From: Trypanosoma brucei
Taxonomy: Eukaryota
Assembly: GCA_000002445.1 (NCBI GenBank)
Contig: CM000208.1
Location: 1,600,001 to 1,664,000 of the forward strand
Direction: 5' to 3'
DNA length: 64,000 nucleotides
The notes under the pieces are model-generated. The model worked only from the letters and a program-made list of their open reading frames with translations, was not told the DNA's origin and made no database searches. Positions 46,453 to 56,494 of the stretch are shown here, one piece after another (within the stretch, counting starts at the first letter, position 1; every line of letters begins with the position of its first letter). The translations under genes and the position numbers were made by a program.

Positions 46453-46511
46453 TTTTTTGCCTCTTCTGTCTAGGTGTTTTATTTTGTCTTTTTTTGATTC
46501 ATCGATAGGTA

Positions 46512-48305
46512 ATGGACGGTGGCTTCCCTTGGACCAAACACGTGGAATGGAACCGTTTTCGAAACTTAGGTGAAGGTGTTGGTGGGTTTAAAGGCTTTAG
46601 GTGTTGTGGGGGCGGTCAAATGCGTGGTCTATGTGGCACGGAGCTCAGTGTGTGTTGTGACTGTTGTTTAGCTGTTAACGAGAGCGTACATAATCGCCTT
46701 GCGGTTGGCTTGAAAAGGGCAACACCTGAGCCGTTGTGGCAGCCCACCCGTTTAACTTCACCGTACTGCATTTTGTGTGCGAATGGCCTTCGGGATGATT
46801 TCTACACTTCGTGTATGTCCTGGGGTAGGGAAAGTGTTGCCCTCTCTTTGGGTGAAAAAGTCCTTTTGTTTAAATCGTCTTCCCCACGTGAGAGTGCGGT
46901 TTCTCTGAATTTGAGCGGGGAAGCCTGCGGTTATTCAGAGTCAATATCATCAGTAGCTGTTTCCCAGTTTTCGGATTCTCATTGCTTTCTTGGCGGCGTA
47001 AATGGGGCTGTTGGGTTGTATGAGTCACATGGGGGTGGAGAATTATCACTATCGAGCTCCTTTGAGATGCCGCCCCCTCTCTTTGGGGGTGATTTGGCTT
47101 CCGAGGCTGCTTTTAGTGGTGCAACCACCAGTATACGCTGCCTATCGACAACTAATGTTCATCCGTGGGTGGTAGCTGCCGGGACGGCGGCGCATGGACT
47201 TTTTGTACTTGATAGCCGTTTTACAACCCCTGCTGCACGGATGTGTGGCTCCGACCTGTGGAACTCAGTTGATTGTAGACATTCTCAGAGACCACTGTAT
47301 CCTTCTGAGGCGATTTCGCTGCTTTCGTCTTTGAATGGCATTTGCGGTGTGTCGTGGAACTCGTCTGGTTCCCTGGTTGCGACAGGGGAAAGTGGCGGCT
47401 TGGTGAACATATGGTCCCTTTCTAACACTCGTTCTCCTGTGCAGCGGATTAGATTGCCCAGCGCTCATACGACGGTGAAGGCCGTTGCGTTTCACCCGAC
47501 CAACCCATACGAGCTAGTTCTTGGTGGGGCTGCAGATGATGGCTGTGTCCGCGTTTATGATGTCTCATCTGCGACGCCGCATTACAAGTGGGGCGTATCT
47601 ACGGGATGCCAAGTGACACAGGCATTGTATTCTCCTGACGGTTCATTCATTGTTTCTGCACACGGCGCACGGCTCAAGGCCAGTGTAGCCATTGACGCGG
47701 CCAGTGCTCAGTCGCACGCGACAAGAGCCGGTGTATCGCGTACTGATAGCGGTGGAGGGGGTTGGGGAGCAGGTGATGAGTTGCAGTGGTTGACAGAGAA
47801 GTTTGAGCGGGCTATGAAATGTAGCGAGAATGCGGCAGAGTCCTCGATCGACACGTGTTTAGGGTTCAACAGGGCGTCGAGTTCTGGACTGAACGAGGCT
47901 AAGCCCTTATTGTCGGAGGCGCCACCTTTCTCTCTTGTGATGTGGAGGAAAGGTACGCAGCACCAGGGAACGACCCCAATGAGTTTCACCCACGGGAGTG
48001 GTATCCATCATCAGTGTGCCGCAGGTTCACCTTCACGCCGGTGTGAACCACTTCCACTTGTTTCTATGTACACGATGATGGGCCATCGATCGCGACCGCT
48101 GCAACTTGCAGTCCCTTTCTCACAAACTGCAGACCAGGGCTGTATTGCCTCAATCGCTGGCGGTGCTGATTGTACAATTCGGTTCTGGAAGTGTTTTTAT
48201 TCTAGAAGCGAAATGGTAAACTGGGGGCAGCGTGTGTGCGCCTCGTTAAGGACTGCGATCACAGAAGAGGATGTTGAAGAAATGACGGCCATGCCTCTGC
48301 GCTAA
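46512..48305 (+). CDS. WD40-repeat protein with Cdc20/Fizzy-family features (tentative)
   Basis: The first blade, 'ILCANGLRDDFYTSCMSWGRESVALSLGEKVLLF', follows the Cdc20 pattern 'ILDAP.L.DD.Y.N..DWS..N.LAV.L...VYLW'. Later WD-like blades include 'GSLVATGESGGLVNIWS' and 'GGAADDGCVRVYDV'. The protein ends '...MPLR', a possible IR-tail variant. The N-terminus is Cys-rich and the exact start is uncertain. Confidence 0.6.
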   Translation: MDGGFPWTKHVEWNRFRNLGEGVGGFKGFRCCGGGQMRGLCGTELSVCCDCCLAVNESVHNRLAVGLKRATPEPLWQPTRLTSPYCILCANGLRDDFYTSCMSWGRESVALSLGEKVLLFKSSSPRESAVSLNLSGEACGYSESISSVAVSQFSDSHCFLGGVNGAVGLYESHGGGELSLSSSFEMPPPLFGGDLASEAAFSGATTSIRCLSTTNVHPWVVAAGTAAHGLFVLDSRFTTPAARMCGSDLWNSVDCRHSQRPLYPSEAISLLSSLNGICGVSWNSSGSLVATGESGGLVNIWSLSNTRSPVQRIRLPSAHTTVKAVAFHPTNPYELVLGGAADDGCVRVYDVSSATPHYKWGVSTGCQVTQALYSPDGSFIVSAHGARLKASVAIDAASAQSHATRAGVSRTDSGGGGWGAGDELQWLTEKFERAMKCSENAAESSIDTCLGFNRASSSGLNEAKPLLSEAPPFSLVMWRKGTQHQGTTPMSFTHGSGIHHQCAAGSPSRRCEPLPLVSMYTMMGHRSRPLQLAVPFSQTADQGCIASIAGGADCTIRFWKCFYSRSEMVNWGQRVCASLRTAITEEDVEEMTAMPLR

Positions 48306-48999
48306 GAGGGGCGCGCACATATCGAAACGTGTGCGTGCTTATAGATATAGAGATAATTTGGTGAGTCGCCCCAGTGGCGGTTCCGTCCCTCTCCTCCTTC
48401 ATAACGTTATATGTTGTTTGTTTGACACGCTTGAAGTCCCTCGCGTTTTTTCACACCCTAATAGCGAAGTAAGCCATTCACCCGCGGGACTCCCCGATCC
48501 CTCATTTTTTTGATTGGTTACCTCGTTGCATAGACACATGGCAAGAACATTATTTTCTTGAGCAAACATGTGGCCGGCGTTGTTTTATTTATATTTTTTC
48601 CCCTTAGAATGAAAGAGAGCGATGACAGTAAGGATGATGTTTTAAAGACCATGTGGGTCCTTTTCACTTTGTATCAAGTCTCACAACGGCTGTAGAGATA
48701 GCGGCCGAATTTCGGGCGAAGATTTTTCAAAAAAGTAATTAGTTAGAACGCGTGCCGCAAATGGTGGTGCAACTCCTCCTATTTCTTTTTTTTAAAAAAA
48801 CATCGATTATTGTTTCAGCTACGAGCGTGTGGTAAACTAGTTGGTGGTGCACCCCGCATCAATTCATCTTTGGAACGTCTGCATGGAGGTTGGTTGGTTG
48901 TGGCCACCTAGAAGAACTCTTCTTTACACACCCTTTTTTTTATTCGTAGAATATCTTAGACACGAGGGTTTGTAGCGTATTTGTCCCCACCAGTGAGGA

Positions 49000-50214
49000 A
49001 TGGAGTATCGGTGGCTGAATAGGGTTCTCACTGTGGAATTATGCATGTCCATCATAGCCTTTCATCTCGTGCATTTCACCGGAATCGACTGGAATGCTTA
49101 CATGCAGGAGGTGAAGGGCTTTCTGGATGGGGAGCTCGACTACATGAAGTTGAAGGGTGACACCGGCCCTTTGGTGTACCCCGGCGGTTTCGTATGGTCC
49201 CATTCCGCACTTTATTTCATGACGAAAGGTGGTGTTGATGTCGAGATGGCACAGTGGCTGTACTTGGGGATCTATGTGATGGTGCTGGTGTTAGTTGCAC
49301 ATTTGTACTACAACTCGGGGCTTCGTGGGAGGTTGTTCATTCGTCTCCTCCTTTCCAAGCGAATCCGGTCACTCTTCATGTTCCGGCTCTTCAACGATTG
49401 TTGGGCCATGTTTCTGGTCTACTTGTCGGTTATCTGTTTCGCCAGGGGGCGGCGATGGACTGTTGGATGTTTGTTGTACAGTATGGCCGTGTCAGTAAAA
49501 ATGAACATTTTTCTCTTTGCTCCTGGTCTTCTACTGATTCTGTGCAAATCACTTCCTTTTACCGGGGTGGTCAGATGTCTCGCAGTGTGTGCATTGTGGC
49601 AAGTAGTTGCGGGGCTGCCCTTTCTTCTCCACAATCCACGGTCATATATTGTACGGTCGTTTGACCTTGGTCGTGTATTCACGTATCGATGGACTGTCAA
49701 TTTCAAGCGCATCTCGGAAGAGATATTTTTTTCGTCCAAGTTTAGCAGGAGTTTGTTGGTGATGCTAGCTGTCAGCTGGTTGTTAGTGTGTTTCCGGCGT
49801 TGGTCCAAGCGTGCTTACCGGCGTGGCCGGTGTGAGAAGCGAGAGGGGACTGTGGTACTTGTGGGTGCGTCAGATGAAGAGGTCTTTCACAATGTCACCT
49901 TAACCCTGATGGAGTCTAATATGATCGGCGTTATCTTCGCTCGTTCATTACACTATCAGTTTTTTCTGTGGTTTTTCTACTTCGTACCGTTTGTCCTCTC
50001 TGCCACACGACTACCGCTGGTGGTGAAAGTGGTTGCCTTTTTAGCAATCCAATACGGATTCGAGGTGTACCCGAGCACAACCGCGTCATCCAGTGTTCTT
50101 CTGAGTGGCTTTTTGTGTGTGTGGCTGGGCATGCTCCTTTTTCCCTCTGAATATAGCGAGACTACTGGAAAAGAGACGACGATAACCCTTACAGCTGTGA
50201 AAAGGGGAAAGTAG
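49000..50214 (+). CDS. ALG3: ALG3, dolichyl-P-Man:Man5GlcNAc2-PP-dolichol alpha-1,3-mannosyltransferase
   Basis: 'FTGIDWNAYMQEVKGFLDGELDYMKLKGDTGPLVYPGGF' matches the ALG3 family hallmark 'EIDW.AYM.QV..F..GE.DY..L.GDTGPLVYPAGF'. It is a multi-pass membrane protein of about 400 aa. ATG verified. Confidence 0.82.
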   Translation: MEYRWLNRVLTVELCMSIIAFHLVHFTGIDWNAYMQEVKGFLDGELDYMKLKGDTGPLVYPGGFVWSHSALYFMTKGGVDVEMAQWLYLGIYVMVLVLVAHLYYNSGLRGRLFIRLLLSKRIRSLFMFRLFNDCWAMFLVYLSVICFARGRRWTVGCLLYSMAVSVKMNIFLFAPGLLLILCKSLPFTGVVRCLAVCALWQVVAGLPFLLHNPRSYIVRSFDLGRVFTYRWTVNFKRISEEIFFSSKFSRSLLVMLAVSWLLVCFRRWSKRAYRRGRCEKREGTVVLVGASDEEVFHNVTLTLMESNMIGVIFARSLHYQFFLWFFYFVPFVLSATRLPLVVKVVAFLAIQYGFEVYPSTTASSSVLLSGFLCVWLGMLLFPSEYSETTGKETTITLTAVKRGK

Positions 50215-50840
50215 GCAACCGGAACAAGTGATCTTGGAAACAGTGGCACATGGGCGGAACGACATCACCGTGCGCAACGCAAATCGTCGTTGGTGGACCG
50301 TTATCGTTCGCTGTTTCATCTTTGAACTGTCCAGGTGGTTTCCGCTCGTCGTTTTGCTGTACTTCGTAATGCGATGATCGGCTGTAGTTCACCTGAATGT
50401 TGTTAACACGCGGAGCGGTATGGCCTTGATAAGATGGCAGGCCTCACTACTCCCTCTGATTTATAATTTCCATTTGGGCCATTAGTGTGTGTTCTGGCTG
50501 TTCCATCGTTTTTTGTGGCCTTTGTTTTTTTTTTTTCGAACCCTCAAAGCATTCTTTCCTACGTGTTTGTCTCCCCGTATTCTTTGCATCGTTGGCATAG
50601 CGACGTGTAAGAGCGGTTGCCGTAGTTTAAAGGATCAGAAACGATAGGAAGGGACGGAGGGAAAGGTGTGTCGAAGAGACTAAGAGAAACAAAGGGCAAT
50701 TGGGTCGCGTCGGGGTCAGGCCAGAGGTGTTCTCTGCAGTTCCTCTCCATCGTTTTGGGTGACGATTGGACCCGCAGAGCCGTGGTGCAGTGGAGCGCAT
50801 CCTCGACCCCCTTAGCCTTCCCTCTCAGCAGTTGTCTGTG

Positions 50841-52754
50841 ATGGGATTCTTCTCGTTTAAGAGCAACGAGAAACTGAAAAGTGGCGCTGATGGAAGGAAT
50901 GCCACCGGAAGTGGAAGTATCAAACCGTCTGGTCCCACCGATGGCGACGGCGGATTCTCAGGTTCGTCCGGCCGTCCTGTTGCACTAACTGCAGAGGAAC
51001 ATCACGAGGGCGTCGACCCACTAGGATATATGTCACACTTGCCCGTCACTGATATCATAGAGCTCTACACCAGTTTCCGCAACTCACTGCAGGAGTGCCC
51101 CGATCTTGTGCAAAAGAGGTATTTCGTGAGCACCGTGAAGACTCTTTCCTCCCAAATGAAACTGAGAGATTTCAGTGAAAAGAGTATCAGCACACATGAC
51201 GGCACAAAACTGCCGATAGTTAAGCGTGTCTTGAGGGAAGTTCCTTCCGTGCGCTCGCGGCTAGCACTTGCGTTGCAAAATTTCTGTCACGTCACCGATT
51301 GGGAGCTGGAAAATGAGGAAATCGAGTGCGGAACTGGTCTTCTTGCCACTCTCCGTGGCGAGTCATCGCGCTTGAGGAGCGGCCATGAAGTAGATGAGGG
51401 CGAGAGTGCGGCCAGATTGATCCCGCGTATGGATTCCTTTGATCCAACCCATATATACAACCTGGTTTCGACAACTGATAAGTTACCTTCGATGCAGGAG
51501 ATGGCCGAACTGATCCGGAGGACGAATGAGTTGCTCCTTCAGGAGGTTAACGTTGTGCTGGTGTCTGCACCATGCGTTGTGGTAGGTGACATACATGGAC
51601 AGAAAAAGGATCTCATAGACAATGTTCTTGCGGCGGGTGGGCCAATAGCCCCGTGCGGCACCGATGCGGTACCCGAGGGTAAACCTGATGATGGAGCAGC
51701 GAAACCCGCAGGGCGGAATTACTTATTTCTAGGGGATATCGTCGACCGAGGTCCAGAAAGCTTGGGTTGCCTCGCGCTTTTGTTTGCTGCTAAGCTAATG
51801 GCACCCAAAAGCGTTCATCTTCTCCGGGGGAATCACGAGAGCTCTGAGACAAACCGCAATTATGGTTTCCTGAGAGAGTGCTGGGAGCGGTACCCGATTA
51901 ATAGTCCGGGGGGCGGTGGTCCTACAGCCTGTACTGGTGGTAACACCGCAATGGACTGCGTGTGGGAGCTTCAAAGTCATCCCCTGTGGGTACTGGCGAA
52001 TGAGACGTTCCGCAGTCTTCCTCTTTGTGCAGTTGTGACAGGGGAGGCTGCCTCTCCTTCTGCTCTCCCCAATTGCGGCAAACACAGGGAAGGTGACCGT
52101 CAGGGCGGCCTCACTTTGTGTGCGATGCATGGTGGCCTTTCGCCTTTCATCGCCGAGAGTCTCGACGGTATTTTGGCTGTTAATCGGTTCCGTGACATTG
52201 TCGATGGTCCACTTGCGGACCTAACGTGGGCCGATCCCGTATCAGCGCTGGCTCTGTTTTCTCCTGGAAATGTAGCTGCTGCGGCAACAACAGCTGGAAA
52301 TGTCGGAAGTGAATTGAGCGATACCAACAACGGTGCCCCGCCTCAACAGCAAGAAGGAAGGTTTCAACATCATCGCATGGCCGTCCAGCGCAGTGAACCC
52401 GTTCCCACAACCAGCGCGACTGTTGGCCACGTGCTAAGCTCCAGAGGCCGCGGTCACAATTTCGGTGAGGACGTAACGCTGCGGTTCCTTCGGAAGAATA
52501 AAATGGATTTTATTGTGCGTGCCCATCAGTGTGTGATGGAGGGTTATGAGTGGCAGCACCAGCGGCGGCTTTTGACGCTATTTTCCGCCCCCAATTACTG
52601 CGGCTGCGGCAACAAGGGTGCTATTCTCATCGTACACGAACGCGGAGACCCCGAGCTGGTGCAGTTTGAAGCAGCTGGTATTCAGATTTGCGGTGCCATT
52701 GCGGCAGTGAGTCCGAAACCGTCACCGGTCCCACCAAAGGAATTTTGTAGTTAA
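50841..52754 (+). CDS. PPP-family Ser/Thr protein phosphatase with intact catalytic motifs, a long N-terminal extension and insertions
   Basis: 'VVGDIHGQ', 'LFLGDIVDRGPES', 'LLRGNHES', 'CAMHGGLSP', 'RGRGHNFGED', 'VRAHQCVMEGY' and 'FSAPNYCG' are all present in canonical order. The ORF-track start 50766 is TTG. The first ATG is at 50841 ('MGFFSFKSNEK'). Confidence 0.85.
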   Translation: MGFFSFKSNEKLKSGADGRNATGSGSIKPSGPTDGDGGFSGSSGRPVALTAEEHHEGVDPLGYMSHLPVTDIIELYTSFRNSLQECPDLVQKRYFVSTVKTLSSQMKLRDFSEKSISTHDGTKLPIVKRVLREVPSVRSRLALALQNFCHVTDWELENEEIECGTGLLATLRGESSRLRSGHEVDEGESAARLIPRMDSFDPTHIYNLVSTTDKLPSMQEMAELIRRTNELLLQEVNVVLVSAPCVVVGDIHGQKKDLIDNVLAAGGPIAPCGTDAVPEGKPDDGAAKPAGRNYLFLGDIVDRGPESLGCLALLFAAKLMAPKSVHLLRGNHESSETNRNYGFLRECWERYPINSPGGGGPTACTGGNTAMDCVWELQSHPLWVLANETFRSLPLCAVVTGEAASPSALPNCGKHREGDRQGGLTLCAMHGGLSPFIAESLDGILAVNRFRDIVDGPLADLTWADPVSALALFSPGNVAAAATTAGNVGSELSDTNNGAPPQQQEGRFQHHRMAVQRSEPVPTTSATVGHVLSSRGRGHNFGEDVTLRFLRKNKMDFIVRAHQCVMEGYEWQHQRRLLTLFSAPNYCGCGNKGAILIVHERGDPELVQFEAAGIQICGAIAAVSPKPSPVPPKEFCS

Positions 52755-54663
52755 CGTATCTCAGGGTATGGGCACTAGGGCGGTGAAAAGAAAAAAGGAG
52801 AGTGGGAACGTTTAGCGCAAAGTTGAGGCATGTAGGCACTTTCTTGTTTTTCTTTACTTTTCCATATTTGTTTGCTTGACGCTGTGCTGTGCTGTGCTTC
52901 CTGTGAAGAGGAAGAAATGTGATGGTGTGTGCGGGTACCACCGCATCGATTTTGTAGCAATGACATATTTGAGTTATGCCCTCCTCCCTCTGTAATTACT
53001 TTTTGACTGGTGTCTACGAGAGACCCTCCAACTAACGACGACATCTGGAGGCAGGAGTGCTGCTTGGAATCCGAGCGGATACGGTATTGAAACCGAGCGA
53101 CCTCGCGCGACTCGCCCGCAGCGTTTGAAATCAATGCAACAGGAATAGGCATCTTTCCTTGGAATCTAATAAGGTTGGAATGCCCATGAAATTACAAGCT
53201 TCCTCCACATTTTCTACGCGTAGCTACGCGACAGGGAGAGCTGCAGGCATTAAAGGTTGTGCCGTAAAGATAGCAGTGTTCTCGAGAGAAAGACGGAAAG
53301 GCAAAAGGGGTTTGATGCGAAGGTAAATTCTGTATTACTGTGAGTTTTGAAGTCTTCTGCACGTTTGGGAGACGGCGCCAGTTCTGGGGCTTGCAACACC
53401 TCCAAAAACTTTCTTGCATGGGCCTCTTGAGTGTAGGGTCTCAGAAGATCTCATATTTATTTGATACAACCTTTAAATTTTTTTGTTTTGTGTGTATTCC
53501 TCCAATTTTTTTGAATCTTGGCATGCTGTTTAGTTGCTGACGGTGCAGTCCTTCACATGCGGCAGGCTCAAATCTACGCGTGTGTGCTCGTTGCAACCCT
53601 TTGCTTGTGTTGCGGTAACGCATTGTGGGGAGATGCATATGACGCCAGTGAGAGTCGTACGATTAATTCTATCATTTACTGATGCACGTTCATGGGTTCG
53701 TTGTTGTGTTCTGGGTGTAATCGTTGGGAAGTGATGCACACAATCACACAACTCCGTCACTGAAAAAATACCTTTTGAGTCATGTACTTGACTTCGTGGG
53801 TGCATCAATTGACCTCGCCACTGCGTTCTGCCGGCCGTTTGCCCCTCCATTTATAGGGGAAGGGGGGAAGCGCTGAGGAAGTTGAGGATTGCAACGTTGC
53901 AAAGTGCGACATTGTCCGCAAGGTGGATGAAGTTAAGCCTCCCTTCCCCCATCCGTGCTGCTTCTTGTGTCCTGCATCCTTTCGAATTCGTTTCTTTTTT
54001 TTTTAATTGTTATTGTTGTTGTTGTTTTGGACCCTCCTCGTCTCAGAGGAAGGTCGAGGATGAGAGGATCGGCTGGGTGCCGCGGACATTGGTGTGTTGA
54101 ATGAGACGAGCCTCTTCGTGTGAGTTGGAACAAATTGCTGCCAAGCATCGTTGTGGTACGGCCACTTAATCTCCAGGATTGTTATGGTTGTTCTATTTTT
54201 GCATTATTAGTGGAGCCTTTAGTGCATTATTTGTTTGTTTCAGCTACGGGCTTTTGGTTGGGGCAGTTTATAAAGCGTCCAGAAGGAATTAGGAAGCGCG
54301 TACTTTTCTTCTATGGCTTGCAGGCCGTGTCCCGTTTTTGTTACTAGTGGCATCTGACATTTCGATGGGGGCTACTGCATTATTTTGTTTTCTCCTTTTT
54401 CATTTTGGGGTGCTGGTGGTGAAAGCAACGATACCTAGTATTTTTTTCTAACGTCGAACTCTCTGTTCCGCAGCTCGGCGAGGCAGAATAAAATAAAATC
54501 ACGAGCATGAAGTTGCTGTGCAATTGGGGTTTTAAATGGCGACAACGCAAAACACGAAGATCTTCCACTTTTCCCCCCTGACCCAGTTAATAGCGGGTTC
54601 GAGTACAGATATTAGTGTGTACACAAGTGCAAAAGCGCGCACATATTATTCTGCGGAAGCGTA

Positions 54664-55386
54664 ATGCCGCAGCTGCGGGTGGAGTATGCCAAGTCCGGAC
54701 GCGCGAAGTGCTCTGCCGCATCGTGCAATAAACCGATCTCCAAGCACGAGGTGCGCGTTGGCATTGCCGTTATGTTCCAACCCGTGGGGAGCACTAGCGG
54801 TGAACCAACTCTGTCTTACAAGTGGCGTCATGTCTGTTGTTTCACTGAGCGTCAAATAAAGAACGCTGAAGCTGAGGGTGGACTCGACGCTATTGAGGGC
54901 CTTGAAGAACTGGCGGAGGTGGATAGAGATCTTATAGCACAAATGATGCGCGGGGAGTTGATTGACCGGATGGATGTTATGGGGCGCGTTGGAGATGTCG
55001 AGAACTCGCCTGCCAGCCGTGGTTCCCTAAAGGGAGAGAAGTTTTCCCATTCCGACGGGAGGGCCGCGACAAAACGCAAACGAGGTGATGGGTCCGAGTC
55101 AAGGGAGACGGGTTCTCCACCAGACCTATCAAAAAGAGGCAAGTCCAAAAAGGGTGGTGTGGTCAGCCTGACCCCCAGTCGTGACAAAGATACGAATGAG
55201 GGTGAGATATCAGATTCTACAACAGAGGAGTTTGAAGTTTCCGTTGAGGCGACGAGACCACCTTGCCCATACGGCAAGGAGTGCTTCCGCACCAGCGTGA
55301 GCCACATGGCAGAGTATTCTCACGGGGCAGAATCCGACAGGGCGGTGCCAGCGCGGCTTCGGGCTGTTATAAGGCATTCAGTTTAA
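54664..55386 (+). CDS. Zinc-finger protein with an N-terminal PARP-type DNA-nick-sensing finger (zf-PARP) and a C-terminal PBZ (poly-ADP-ribose-binding) finger
   Basis: N-terminal '[29 protein letters not shown]...WRHVCCF' matches PARP1 Zn1 '[27 protein letters not shown]...WYHFSCF'. C-terminal '[20 protein letters not shown]' fits the PBZ consensus C-x-YG-xx-C-x-R...H-x4-H of APLF/CHFR. The middle is acidic, Ser-rich and basic low-complexity. Confidence 0.75.
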   Translation: [240 protein letters not shown]

Positions 55387-55475
55387 AAAGTTGTGTGGAG
55401 ATTTATTATTACAAAGAACGAGGGGGGAAAAGGCTCGTGAAATACGAACCTTGCTGCGCTCTTCCTTCCTCTTCC

Positions 55476-55486
55476 GGGGGGGGGGG
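55476..55486 (+). repeat. G11 homopolymer preceded by a CT-rich tract
   Basis: Direct read: 'cttccttcctcttcc' + 'ggggggggggg'. Confidence 0.9.
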
Positions 55487-56494
55487 TGTCAAAAATTAAA
55501 AATAAACCTCTTTCTGTCGTTGTTAAACCTGGATATGCATGTGCTTTTACATTTTTACCGGCACCCTTTTTAGTAGTGCGGCTACCTCCCATTTACACCT
55601 CTCTTTGGTTGCTCTTTTCCCCTTCCCGCCTTCTATTAATACCTTTGTGCAACTTATATACTACCCTTCTATCAGCTCGTTTCTTGCCTGTCACAACATT
55701 TGCTTTTTTTCAAAAAAAAGCAGGGGAAGGGAATGATATCAGTGTACCGCAGGTGGTGATTTGTCAGAACGCAGGGGTGCTTTAGTTGGCGGGTTATTAA
55801 GCTGCGTGTGTACCGTATTTTTACCCTTTACAGATCTGGTGCTGCAGTCACGCTGGTTACTAGGTTCTACTGACCACAACGTATGTGCGGTATTAAGCTC
55901 TATGGCGGCTGATCAAAAGAAATTGCGGAAATCGAAAAAAGAAAAAGTGTTACGTACGCTTTCACCGCAGTGTATCGCAATCCCTAGAAGCCCGAGGCGT
56001 TTAACAGTTCGCGCCGCGATTGTGCAGCTGCCTGGCGTCGCGTCATTGGTGATTTGATTACCATCATTTTTACTTTGAAGTTAAGTTGCCTTCTTCGCCT
56101 GGTCTCTGCATGCTATCCGTCTGATTTTTGCTCCACCTCATGGTGTGGGGGGTTACCGTTAAGGGTGGTGAAGAATGCATTACTTCCCAACTTTCAGCAT
56201 ATGAGCTAAGTGTGTGTGTGGGTCAAACGTTGGCGTTGAAATCCGTATGTTCTGCCACCAAATGCACACTGCGAGGAGGAGTTGTATATTGTATACTTTT
56301 TCCAGAAATAATAATTGTGCTCAATCGTCTTTCCGTATCCCCTTGGAGGTGCGTGTCGTGTGTGTCATTCGCCTAACTGTTGGTTAGCTTCTTTTTGATT
56401 AAGCAACTCCTCTGACACCACATCTGCACACACCCTAAAATATGTGTATATATGCGCCCATATTTATTGGTAGCACCGAAGCAGTAAAGGCATC

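Noticed and set aside
16856-55386. Apparent clustering of DNA-damage genes (MSH6-like, AlkB-like, zf-PARP/PBZ) as a functional 'repair island'
   Set aside because: Trypanosomatid polycistronic units are not functionally organised. The three genes are on different strands or are widely separated, with unrelated genes between them. Co-occurrence within 40 kb is most simply coincidence.
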